From assembly GCA_027923505.1 (NCBI GenBank), contig BROI01000013.1:744001-808000 (forward strand): a stretch of 64,000 bases of DNA, written 5' to 3'. The position numbers and the translations under genes were made by a program. This stretch comes from Mayamaea pseudoterrestris (lineage: Eukaryota). The notes under the pieces are model-generated. The model ran no database searches. It was not told where the DNA came from and saw only the letters and a list, made by a program, of their open reading frames with translations. Positions 23,284-33,435 of the stretch are shown one piece after another. The first letter of the stretch is position 1. Every line of letters starts with the position of its first letter.

Positions 23284-24204
23284 ATGCCTCGCAGTCACCA
23301 CGAATCCATTCTCCCCGAAGTACTCGCCGCATCGATTGGTGGCGCCATTTCCGCCGCCCTTTTATTTCCCTTGGAGGTTTTGAAAACCAAAATGCAGACT
23401 GACGAAAATGCAAAACAAAAGAGCATGCTCGAGTACGCCAAGGAGCTATACGACCAGCAAGGCTATAATGTATTTATACGCGGCATGGAAACGAGCAGCT
23501 TTCAGTCGGCGCTGGAAAAGGCCCTGTATTTCTTCTCGTACGAGACACTGAAGCGAGTGCACGGAGTATTGACCAACCACGCGCCACTAAACACTATCAC
23601 AAACTTGTTGCTTGGCTGTTTGGCCGAGTGGGCGCACCTGCCAGTTACGCTGCCCGTGGATGCTTGGACGACGCGGATTCAAACCTGCAGCGACAAGCCA
23701 CTCGCCATTCTGTGTCACATGCTCAACGACAAGCAAACCAATTTTTACAAAGGAATCAGTGCTTATACATTGCTGTGCTTCAAGCCGGCGCTGCAGTACA
23801 CCATTTACGAGCAAGTCAAGCGTTGGTTATTGATAAAGCGTCGTCGCGCTCAGAGTTTGACAGCAGCCGAGGCGTTTTTGCTCGGCATGGTGGCGCGCAC
23901 CATTGCGACAGTATTGGTGTTTCCGTGCTTGCGCGCCAAGGTGGTCATGCAAACGAAACAACGAGAGAGTGCTGTGAGTGCTGGAGAAGAGGTAGGTGCA
24001 AGTGAAAGTGACAATGCAGCCGCAACGACACACGACGAAACCATGGCGCAGCTGCTGCTGCGACTGGCGCGCACCAATCCAGGTGCACTCTACCAAGGCA
24101 TGGCGCCGGAGCTGACGCGGGGCGTGCTGAGTTCCGCAATCATGCTCATGATCAAGGAGCGCATCCAAGTTGTGGTGCGGAAAGCGCTGGCGGTGAAACA
24201 GTAA
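23284..24204 (+). CDS. Mitochondrial-carrier family protein, peroxisomal adenine nucleotide carrier type (SLC25A17/ANT1-like)
   Basis: FPLEVLKTKMQ, LPVDAWTTRIQ, PALQYTIYEQVK, AFLLGMVARTIATVLVFP..RAKV, LYQGM.PEL.RGVL. Confidence 0.82.
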   Translation: MPRSHHESILPEVLAASIGGAISAALLFPLEVLKTKMQTDENAKQKSMLEYAKELYDQQGYNVFIRGMETSSFQSALEKALYFFSYETLKRVHGVLTNHAPLNTITNLLLGCLAEWAHLPVTLPVDAWTTRIQTCSDKPLAILCHMLNDKQTNFYKGISAYTLLCFKPALQYTIYEQVKRWLLIKRRRAQSLTAAEAFLLGMVARTIATVLVFPCLRAKVVMQTKQRESAVSAGEEVGASESDNAAATTHDETMAQLLLRLARTNPGALYQGMAPELTRGVLSSAIMLMIKERIQVVVRKALAVKQ

Positions 24205-24614
24205 TACTAGTTTTGTAAATGTAGTGTAATTTGAACTTGGTGTGAGTAAACATTTGTGATATGTATATGAACAAGATTGATGATTTCCTCGGCAGCCAAA
24301 GGAAGCCACCTACGCTTCCTGGGCTACTTCAGTCCATGTAGGAAGCGAATGGTGACTGGCGGCGCGAGCGCGTGTACATTCTTTTCCGGAAGATCATCAA
24401 GTCGTACATCAAAATTATCTTTATTGGAATGACGTTGCGAATTGCAATCAAGATTAACTATAAATGATTTGTAATTCGCGCTTTTCATGTACGTAAGCTG
24501 CTCGCTGCCGGGCTAGTACCCGAGTGCCCTGATTCATAAGCACGTTTCCGCGGTAATATTGGGACCATTAGTAACACTTGTCATAGCGTTCGGTGGTCGA
24601 CACAACAGTCGCAC

Positions 24615-26303
24615 TCAGGCCTCGTCGAGAAGTCCAATGGCAAGTTGCAAAGCTTCCTTAAGACTCTGCGCGCGGCTAAAGTGGCTCGACGCGGCATCCG
24701 CACACCCTTCCAGCGCCACATTGAGCGTCTTGCTAATCTTGCCCGTCATTTGATCAATGTATACAAAGGGAATGCCCGAAAGATAACATAAAATGGCGGC
24801 GTGGAGTCGATCGCAAACGACAACCCTGCCCAGCGAAAGTAGCTGCACACTGGTTTCCGTGAAAAAGTAGTCGGTTGACTGAAAAATATCGAGTCGGTCC
24901 TTCCAATCGACAATTTGAAAGCGCAATCCTTCGCCGCCCGGAATGTTTGCGAGCATGGATCGAATCGACGCATTGTTGCGCAGCTTGGTGAGCGAACTTT
25001 CCAAATCCTCGCGCAGAAAGAGCAGTATATCTAGACGCATCGCTGCTCCTTGCGGTGTCTCCAGGCGCTGGAACGGTCCCAGCTGAAAGGCAATGTCCGG
25101 CACGAGCAAATTCGTGACAAAGGGATACATTGCCACAGCTTGCTCGTAGCTTTCCTGCTCGCGCCACGTCAACACGACGCGTTTCCTGGTTTCCTCGGAT
25201 GGCTTATCTGCTCGCATGGCAACCATGGCGCTGGCAATGCCTTGTTTGAGTGTTGCGGCATCCTTGGTTTTGAGCTTGTCGTCCTTGTAGTAAAACGACT
25301 GCGGCATGCCAATCACCGTGTATCCCTTGCTGAGCAACTTGGCAAAGGATGGTAGCCGCATTTCCTGCGCCATGCGCCACAAGTCGCCCCAGTTGCCGCC
25401 GCCGTGCCACAGTGCCACCATGTGTGGTGATGATGATTGTGTGGAAGTTATCGACGGCAGTTTCTGCAGCACCGACTCGCACGACGGACAAAAGCCGCCG
25501 TGCTGCACGTAGCCGCACTGTGACGTTGTCGTCGTCATTGCCTTGGTGCTGCTAGTGCTGCTGGTATTATTGTTGTTATTGTTGAGTCGCAGTCGCTCCA
25601 ACCAAGCAAGCTCGCCGAGCGTAATCATGTGATCGCCCACGTTGCGGTGGTAGGCGGGATCGACGAGTAACACACTTGGTGGTGGTGACGTTGATTGCTG
25701 CATATATGGGCCAAGTAACTCGTCGTGTCGTCGGCGAATGTTTCGAATGCACTCGTGCCGATGTATGATTGCAGGTCGAGGGTCACTCAGTAAAGCGACT
25801 GGATCTGGTGGTTTCGATTGATGCGGCTTGATGACTGGTAGTTTGGTGACTGGCGGCTTTCGTTTGTTGGAAAAGACTTGTGTCTGTCCAAAGCGTTTTT
25901 TGGAATTTGATGGTTTTGTTATTGATGCAGTGTCAATGTCGTTCCATCCAGCAAGCGTCTGCGACTGTCGTCTGCCAACCACAAAGAGTACCAGCAGCAG
26001 TAATCCAATGATGATTCCCTGCTTTCGATTCATTCGCATATTGTTGTTGCTATTTTGTTCACGATATCTTCGTCGTGCCGGACAATTGTTATTAGCTGCA
26101 GTGCTTGACTGTCGAACATTCTGCCCTTCCAGCTGCACAATGCGAGACTCGCGCTCCAGCAGTAGCTTCTGCTGCTCGGCGATGCGCTTGCGCAGCACTT
26201 CGACCGTTTCGTGACTGCCGTGTGATGCAATGTCATTGTATTCGTCGTTGTGATCCGATGATGATGTGGGGATGCTGGAATGATTCGTATTCGTCGAGGG
26301 CAT
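24615..26303 (-). CDS. Polysaccharide pyruvyl transferase (Pvg1/EpsI-like), type II membrane protein
   Basis: NVGDHMI..GE, HGGGNWGDLW, MPQSFYY, WREQESY, VPDIAF, FLREDLES, VVCDRLHAAIL...GIP; single TM near the N-terminus. Confidence 0.85.
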   Translation of the reverse strand: MPSTNTNHSSIPTSSSDHNDEYNDIASHGSHETVEVLRKRIAEQQKLLLERESRIVQLEGQNVRQSSTAANNNCPARRRYREQNSNNNMRMNRKQGIIIGLLLLVLFVVGRRQSQTLAGWNDIDTASITKPSNSKKRFGQTQVFSNKRKPPVTKLPVIKPHQSKPPDPVALLSDPRPAIIHRHECIRNIRRRHDELLGPYMQQSTSPPPSVLLVDPAYHRNVGDHMITLGELAWLERLRLNNNNNNTSSTSSTKAMTTTTSQCGYVQHGGFCPSCESVLQKLPSITSTQSSSPHMVALWHGGGNWGDLWRMAQEMRLPSFAKLLSKGYTVIGMPQSFYYKDDKLKTKDAATLKQGIASAMVAMRADKPSEETRKRVVLTWREQESYEQAVAMYPFVTNLLVPDIAFQLGPFQRLETPQGAAMRLDILLFLREDLESSLTKLRNNASIRSMLANIPGGEGLRFQIVDWKDRLDIFQSTDYFFTETSVQLLSLGRVVVCDRLHAAILCYLSGIPFVYIDQMTGKISKTLNVALEGCADAASSHFSRAQSLKEALQLAIGLLDEA

Positions 26304-27139
26304 GCTGCTAGATGGATTATGAATGACGGTTCACGACCAAGCAGGAGACCAAACGAGTACTTGATGTTAGCAAGGCCTTTAAAAAGTGATCTCGTGCTTC
26401 GACTACCGGTTAGAGGAGGCTGATGGAGGTTGTTTTGGCCTTCCTGCTGCCATGGTTGGATTGGATGGCAACGTGCTAACCGTTGACAAAACGAATGTCG
26501 CACAGGGATCAATCCATTTTCGCACGATTCAAACTTTCAAATCTCTGTCGGACCAGCACTCAATCAGTACCGTTCCGACAAGCGGTGACGGAACAGCGCG
26601 CGCGTCGGCCATGCAGGATCCATGCGTCCTTCCCTCCACAAGATCGCAGGCTCCTTCGCACGTCACAACACATTCGCGGGGCGGGGAGGTGGTAGGATCA
26701 ATGGTTGTACAAGCCTGCAATGACTTTTGCGCGCTCCGCGCGCACAAACATTGCCAAACACTACCGGTAGACGCAGTAAATTGACTGGCCGGGGTAGAGG
26801 ATGTCGCAGAACCACTTGGAGTCGACTGCACGAACGCCAAGAAGTACGGCATGTCGCACCGCGGGACACAATTAATCTCGTGAAGCATGTCCGGATATAT
26901 CCTACCACAAAAATCCCTCTCGTCGTTCCTTCTTGCACTAGTTTTATTGTCAAGCCTTTCGTCCTCGTTAAAGTAAGAATCCAGTGTTGTGTATTGCTGC
27001 ACTCGACTGTCTAATTTGTGTAGCTCGCTCACGGCCTTTTTTCTCCCTCTCGCTCAGCTGCCGTCACGACGTTCCCTCCAACACATCAAGTCTCTCGGAC
27101 GGTTCGCAACTACTACTTTCGACGCATACGACATACATT

Positions 27140-28645
27140 ATGAAAGTCATTACATCTACAACTAGCTTGTCACGCTGCATGCTGGTATTGACTGCTGCAA
27201 CGCTTCTGTCGTCGCAGTGCGTCCTAGTTTCCGCTGACGTGCCCTTTATTCGCTCCTTGACGCTGCGCGGCGGCGCCATTCGACCAAGGTCGCCCAACAA
27301 CCGACCCAGCATTTCCGTGACGGCGACGAGCTCCAAACATCCAGCATTGACGGACAGAAAGTCATCAAGTGCAGCAACAACAAATGGTCCACCCGCTACA
27401 ACCACCATTGGCGGCGCCTCCATTTCCAACGAAATATTCAATCTGGCCAAGGCGGTGGTTGGTGTTGGCGTTTTGTCGCTGCCAGCCGGCATTGCCGCCT
27501 TTGGCGATAGTCCATCCGCGCTCATTCCCGCACTCGGCGCGATTGCCTTGATTGGAGTATTGAGCGCCTACGGCTTTTATTTAATTGGCAAAGTGTGCGC
27601 CTACACTGGTGCCACTTCCTACAAATCGGCCTGGGAACGTTCCGTGGGACCATCGACGAGCTGGATTCCCGCCTGGAGCACCATGTGCAAAACGTTCCTG
27701 GCGTGCTTGGCCTACAGCATGGTGCTCGCCGACGTGTTTACGAGCATTTTAACGTTTACGGATAATCGCACGCAGGTGTTACTGGGCGTCACGGTGCTGG
27801 CGCTGCTGCCGCTCTGCTGGCTCAAGAATTTAAGCTCGCTGGCGCCCTTTTCGCTGCTCGGCATACTGGGCATGGCCTTTACGGCCATTAGCATGAGTAA
27901 ACGGTATTTGGATGGGAGTTATGCGTTGAATAATGCTGCTGCATCGCTGCTGGAGCAAGTGCCCAAGCACTTGCAGCCACAGTTTGGCTCGCTCGGTTGG
28001 CGGGGAGCGTTCTCGTCGGGCAAGAGCTTGATATTGGTGTGCATGCTGAGTACCGCCTACATGGCGCATTTCAACGCGCCCAAGTTTTACTTGGAGCTGC
28101 AGAACAACACGCTGGCGCGATACCGGACGGTGGTGGCGAGCTCGTTTGGTATTTCCATTGTGCTGATGAGTTTCATTACGGCGATTGGATTCTTGACGTT
28201 TGGAAAGGCGTCGGCGGGGCTCATTTTGAACAATTACGCCAGCACGGACAGTTGGATGCAGTTGAGTCGTATTGCCGTCGCTGTGGCCTTGTTGTTTAGC
28301 TATCCATTGGCCTTTCAAGGATGTCGGGACGGAGTTTTGGATCTGTTAAATGTTTCACCCGCCAAGCGCAAGTCGGATGCCTTTTTGAACGCCACCACGG
28401 TGGTGCTCTTGTCGGCCCTGACGCTTCTGGCGGCGACGTTGAAGGATGTTTCGTTCGTATTGGCGTTTGGCGGAGCGACGCTAGGAAACCTGCTCACGTA
28501 CGTGTACCCCGCTCTCATGTATCGGTCCGTTGTCAATAAGATGAACCTGCCGGGAGAAGGGCTTGGCGTGACGATTGCCATGTTGTCGGCGCTCTTGGGC
28601 ATTGTCATGGGTGGCATTGGGGCTAACATGGCGTTGAAAAAGTAA
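27140..28645 (+). CDS. Amino-acid transporter (Aa_trans/SLC38-like), paralogue of 14109-15635, with signal peptide
   Basis: FNLAKAVVGVGVLSLP, LPLCWLKNLSSLAPFSLLG, AYMAHFNAPKFY, DVSFVLAFGGATLGN; N-terminal hydrophobic signal followed by LRGG. Confidence 0.9.
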   Translation: MKVITSTTSLSRCMLVLTAATLLSSQCVLVSADVPFIRSLTLRGGAIRPRSPNNRPSISVTATSSKHPALTDRKSSSAATTNGPPATTTIGGASISNEIFNLAKAVVGVGVLSLPAGIAAFGDSPSALIPALGAIALIGVLSAYGFYLIGKVCAYTGATSYKSAWERSVGPSTSWIPAWSTMCKTFLACLAYSMVLADVFTSILTFTDNRTQVLLGVTVLALLPLCWLKNLSSLAPFSLLGILGMAFTAISMSKRYLDGSYALNNAAASLLEQVPKHLQPQFGSLGWRGAFSSGKSLILVCMLSTAYMAHFNAPKFYLELQNNTLARYRTVVASSFGISIVLMSFITAIGFLTFGKASAGLILNNYASTDSWMQLSRIAVAVALLFSYPLAFQGCRDGVLDLLNVSPAKRKSDAFLNATTVVLLSALTLLAATLKDVSFVLAFGGATLGNLLTYVYPALMYRSVVNKMNLPGEGLGVTIAMLSALLGIVMGGIGANMALKK

Positions 28646-28756
28646 TAATTATTTTGTAGTACCTTCATTGGAGCAAGTAGTTATTTAATCATTCATGATA
28701 ATGTACGTCATTATCGTTTAATACGATACGTGGCGTCGGTTTTGATTGTCGCTGGT

Positions 28757-29586
28757 TTATACTCCCGTGAACGAATCAGCCAAAGCAACATCGGGGATTC
28801 TTTGTGTGCCAGCACTGTCAAGAGGCTGACGTTGTAGTCGACCGGACGAATGGCACAAAGCGTCAGCTGACAGCGTGCTCGTTCGACTAATAATCCTGAC
28901 CTGTCTACCAGGCGCGTAGATTTTGTGCATCTTCAGGTAGAAGGTATCCCAGTTGCCATCGCCATGAAGTGCCGTGGCCACCTTTAACGCACGAATGGCA
29001 TCGTCAAGTGTACTGTTCTCGAAGAACGCTCGAAGGAAGAACATGACAGTTACATAGCAAGGATCGCCAACATGCTGGTGCAAAAGGTAATAGTGCAGTA
29101 AATTCAAAAGCAAGAGAGATGCGGGAGCGGTAAACTCAAGTAAATCGTCAAGGAATTTGCCATCAATCTTCAAAACCTCTTCTTTCTTCACCGGCTTTAT
29201 TTGAGGGCCATGCAAGCGAAACATTCGAGAAAACCAAACCTCCCAATCGCGCGCATCCACAACTTGTTCAATGTGAGTTGTGACATCTACGCCCAAATCG
29301 ATCTCTTGATGACTGACAAAGAAAAACGTCTTAAGAAAGCCCGAGGCTTCCTTGCAGGAGCATGAGCCACGACGATGTTCATACTGTAAAGCGTAGTGAT
29401 CCATTAGAATCAACAACAGCATGGCACTTTGCATAAACCTTCCTACTAAATTGGTCAAGAAGTCAGCACCTACAATGAACAAACAGGTTGAGTCAACGTG
29501 AGGACTTTAATGTATGTGCACACAACAATCAGCGAAATTAGTTTACCTTGTAAAGGAGCTTGCGGATGCCCATGCTTAGTTGACAT
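28757..29586 (-). CDS. Hypothetical protein, 2 exons (29586-29547 and 29469-28757)
   Basis: ATG at 29586; G|GTAAAC donor and TTGTAG acceptor join in phase 1 (MSTKHGHPQAPLQG-ADFLTNL...); no family recognised. Confidence 0.5.
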
Positions 29587-29612
29587 GTTGATGACCGAGA
29601 ACAATGAATGAG

Positions 29613-29690
29613 CAGAAAAAGTGACAAGGTAATACAGAAAAAGTGACAAGGTAATACAGAAAAAGTGGCAAGGTAATACAGAAAAAGTGG
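29613..29690 (+). repeat. Minisatellite, 22-bp unit CAGAAAAAGTG(A/G)CAAGGTAATA x3.5
   Basis: Units start at 29613, 29635, 29657 and (partial) 29679. Confidence 0.95.
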
Positions 29691-30231
29691 GATGAGATGC
29701 ACCGATGCACAATTTGAATTCTGCTGTTAATGGATTCCTGGTTGGCCACCACTCCTCCCTTTGTTGTCCGCTCCAATGAAGTCATTTTACAATTGACGTA
29801 CCATCACCTCGCTGAGTGATGCGTTCTTCTGACGACTTGTCGTAGTCGTCACTTTGTCAAAGTACAGAAAAACTCCGTTGGCATTACTCGTTTGGCTTTC
29901 GCAGGTCTTGTGGCTACTGTCGATGCTGAATTGCTTGAGCGAATGCGTCAAAGCACGAGAGGACGCATCGACAAAGCACATTTTCGAACAGATAACGACA
30001 CGACCAGCTTGACAACAGGATGTGGGAGGGAAAGGATGGCGTCAACGTCCTTGACGACAATTGTCCATCACGGCGCGGGAGGAGTCGCCAAAAATGACGG
30101 GTCTCACTGGTTTCCACCCTAACGAGACGCTGCGGAAAGTACGATGTACGATGTACGAAGCATTATATAACTGTACTAGCGCGGCACAAACGACGAAGCA
30201 TCGAACATCAGTTGCAAGCAGCTGCTAGATA

Positions 30232-31761
30232 TCATAACTCATCAAGCTGTTCACCATCTTCAAGAGCATGCTCATTCAAAAAGTCGGTAATGTAGTTTCC
30301 AACTTGCTCCTGCTCCAGCAAAAACCCATCATGTCCATCCTCACTATGTATGACACCAAGCTTGCTATTCGGCAGAAAGTCTGCCAACTCTTGCTGCTCA
30401 AACAGCGGATAGAGTACGTCGCTGTCAATGCCCAAGACGAGGGCTGGTATTTGCACCTGCTCCAAGACTTGCTTGACGCTGCTTCCTCGGCCGCGGGAAA
30501 CGTCGTGCGAGTCCATTTGCTCCGTCATTTTCACGTACGTGACGGGGTCAAAGCGGGTCAGAAACTTGGTGCCTTGATATATTAAGTAGTTCTTGACCTT
30601 CCAGTCAGCCTGCGCGCCATATGCTGGACTGGAGGTTGCATTCGCTGATTGCATGCTGCGCCCAAACTTGGCTTGATAACCCATGGGCGTGCGATAGCTC
30701 ACCATGCCAATCTGTCGGGCAATCTCCAAACCAGCCGTCGCCTGGAAGGGATCATGCGCAAACTTGGCATCGCGGAAAATGGCCTGCCGCTGCACCTCGC
30801 TCACTGCAATCTGCCAGGCCGTATGCTGGGCGCCGCAGGCAATGGGAACTATGGATCTCACGTAGGGTTGTCCGTCACTGTTTGTCACATTGCCATTGAC
30901 AATGCCTCCCTGCGCGGCAAACTCGAGTACCTGCATGCCGCCAAAGGAGCCGCCAATGACAGCCTTGATGGACTTTACTTTTAAATGCTTCTGCAGCAAC
31001 TGCAGTTGCAGTTTGACGGTATCCTGGACGGAAACGTCAGGAAAGTCCATGCCGTAGACATTGCCTGTATTTGGATTGACACTGGTGGGACTGGTGCTTC
31101 CGTAGCAGCTTCCCAAAATGTTGCAGCAAACGATAAAATACTTTGTCGTGTCAAAGGCCTTGGCCGGTCCCAGCAGATCGCTCCACCAAACGTGCAGACT
31201 GGCGTTGCCCGTGAGTGCGTGACATACCACTAGTACGTTGCTGCGTTTCTCGTTGAGCGTGCCGTAGGTTTGGTAGCGCAGCTGCGCCTGCGGCAGCACG
31301 ACACCGGATTCGAGGGTAAAGTTGTCAACGGCGTAGGTATTTCCCGACGCATCCATGCTGCCGTACTCATCCTTCATGGCGTCGGATGACAGTGAATCGT
31401 TTAAAGCTGCTGCGGCTGTTGTAGAAAATGCATTGTTATTAATATTGTTTTTTGATGTTATAGCAGCGGAAGAAGGTGAGGAAGCTGTCGACAAGGCTCG
31501 ATTTGTCATTGATGTTCGAAGGAGATGAGTCATCGCTCGCCTTTGCGCAAGGCGTGCTGCAGGAGGCGGATTTTGCGACTGATTTATGTAATTAAATTTC
31601 ATAGAGAAAGTGCTTTGCAATGTTTTCTGCTCGACTCGCAGCAATGTCGAGTTTGCTGAATGAAGGAGCGAAAACGGCCTGCATGCATCTGTTGTTGGAA
31701 CGAGTGTTCGAACGTTTCGCCATGCGCCAATCGTGGCGGGATTTCGAGCCAAGCAAAGCAT
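30232..31761 (-). CDS. MET2: Homoserine O-acetyltransferase (MetX/Met2 family) with N-terminal extension
   Basis: YQTYGTLN, CHALTGN, NILGSCYGST, GGSFGG nucleophile elbow, DSDVLYP, GHDGFLLE. Confidence 0.92.
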   Translation of the reverse strand: MLCLARNPATIGAWRNVRTLVPTTDACRPFSLLHSANSTLLRVEQKTLQSTFSMKFNYINQSQNPPPAARLAQRRAMTHLLRTSMTNRALSTASSPSSAAITSKNNINNNAFSTTAAAALNDSLSSDAMKDEYGSMDASGNTYAVDNFTLESGVVLPQAQLRYQTYGTLNEKRSNVLVVCHALTGNASLHVWWSDLLGPAKAFDTTKYFIVCCNILGSCYGSTSPTSVNPNTGNVYGMDFPDVSVQDTVKLQLQLLQKHLKVKSIKAVIGGSFGGMQVLEFAAQGGIVNGNVTNSDGQPYVRSIVPIACGAQHTAWQIAVSEVQRQAIFRDAKFAHDPFQATAGLEIARQIGMVSYRTPMGYQAKFGRSMQSANATSSPAYGAQADWKVKNYLIYQGTKFLTRFDPVTYVKMTEQMDSHDVSRGRGSSVKQVLEQVQIPALVLGIDSDVLYPLFEQQELADFLPNSKLGVIHSEDGHDGFLLEQEQVGNYITDFLNEHALEDGEQLDEL

Positions 31762-32328
31762 TGCGATTCACTAGAGCAGTAGCAGCAGTAGTAGCAGGAG
31801 CAATCTAATTGAACAAGCAGTTACTTCCTATAAATGGCTTGATGCAAGTTGCAGATGGATTTGATGCTCGCGCGATTTTGTGGCCATGGTTCGTCACAAT
31901 CGATTCATCAGTCTTGCTGCGACATAGTGTCACGCATCCGACCGGTATTGAAATTTTGGCGATGCACGATCGATTTATGACTAGCGGCGAATTCACAGTC
32001 AGTTCGGATGCTTTGAGACATTCGACTCCTCGGCTAAATGCTTTATTATACCCTAAAGACTTGCAACGTAAAGCCCCCATGCAACTGAACTTTATCCGAC
32101 AACAAAACAAAGCCTATTGACAATTGCCAGCGACTTTGGAGTTCGGGTTTTCGCCGTCGGCTTATCTCCAATCGTGACTTTGGATCCAACTTCGGAGGAT
32201 CGGGGAAACGTCAAGATTATGCCGCGATTTCAGTTTGATGGCAAGTTGTTGAGCAAATAATGAGCTCACAATTTCCAAACTCGATCAAGCATCAAGACTC
32301 TTTACCAAGCAACACCCACAAACTCACC

Positions 32329-32727
32329 ATGTCAACCTTCAAGAGCAACGTTCCTTCCGAATTCATTTGCCCATTGAGCATGCAAGTCATGATCCAGCCA
32401 TTGGTAACAAAGTCGGGCATTCACTTTGAACGATCCGCCATTCTCCAGTGGCTCGCCCAAGGCTCGGGAGTTTGTCCCATGACCAAGCAAGCGCTCAAAC
32501 CATCCGACTTGGTCCCCGACAAGCGACTCGAAACGCGACTCCAGTTTTGGCGCGAACAACATGGCGTCGTTCTTTCCAGTGTGCTGCGCGAGCGAAAGCA
32601 AGAGTTCATTGGCATTTGCGCACTGGGTGAACGTGGAGGCAACGCGACTGCAGCGGTAAGGCGAGTGCCGCGCAGGTTGTTTCCTCGCGTCTTTGGCGCC
32701 AGCAAGGTTGGTGTTGCGGCGGCATAG
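32329..32727 (+). CDS. Small U-box domain protein (E3 ubiquitin ligase-like)
   Basis: VPSEFICPLSMQVMIQPLVTKSGIHFERSAILQWL...CPMTKQAL...LVPD..L...LQFW. Confidence 0.9.
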   Translation: MSTFKSNVPSEFICPLSMQVMIQPLVTKSGIHFERSAILQWLAQGSGVCPMTKQALKPSDLVPDKRLETRLQFWREQHGVVLSSVLRERKQEFIGICALGERGGNATAAVRRVPRRLFPRVFGASKVGVAAA

Positions 32728-33435
32728 CTTTCAATGCGCATCCTGCAAGGAGCGTTCCAAATATTACATGTATAGGCAAACAATAATCAGCAATTTTAAA
32801 TTGTAGCTTGTGGCATGTCAAACTTAGCAGCCTCCGCGAACGTAAGTTGGCATAGCCTTTAGCGCTCACATCAATAGGATCTTTGCGCCACTTCTGGTTT
32901 GCGTCTTGTCTGCTTTCCGTTGCTCTTAGAAACTTTCAGCAACTGCCGCATGTCATTATCCAAGTCGGGAATCTTGAGAGGATCTGGAAGACAATAAACC
33001 ATCATCCTGTTGGCAGCCGTGTTGACACAGCTAGCGCCAAACGGCTACTTGGATGACCAAGAGTGCGTTTACGGTAGCATCATAGATGCAGCTACCGGTA
33101 GTTTTTATCACAGGGCGCTGCTGTCTTTCTGCTTCATCAAAAGTAATTGTAGTGCCTTGGCGTGACATTGTGTAGCCTGTACCGTGAAAGCCATTGAATT
33201 GGCTCGGAATCCGAATCACTCATAGCTAGTTTAGAACTGCTGCGACAACGCCAGTCATTGTCGTCAAAATGGGATGCTACGATTGGCTGGATTGTCGAAA
33301 TCGGATGCCGCAAGATCCGCGACTCACCATGGTGACGGCCAAGGGAGCTTTCCATGAACTTGACCACGACAGCTCCACACCTCCTGCAGTCTCACTCATC
33401 AAGCAGCAGCGTGACTACGACTACACTAGATTAGC

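Noticed and set aside
29613..29690. Short direct repeats as a CRISPR array
   Set aside because: Units are contiguous with no spacers, there are no cas genes, and the context is eukaryotic
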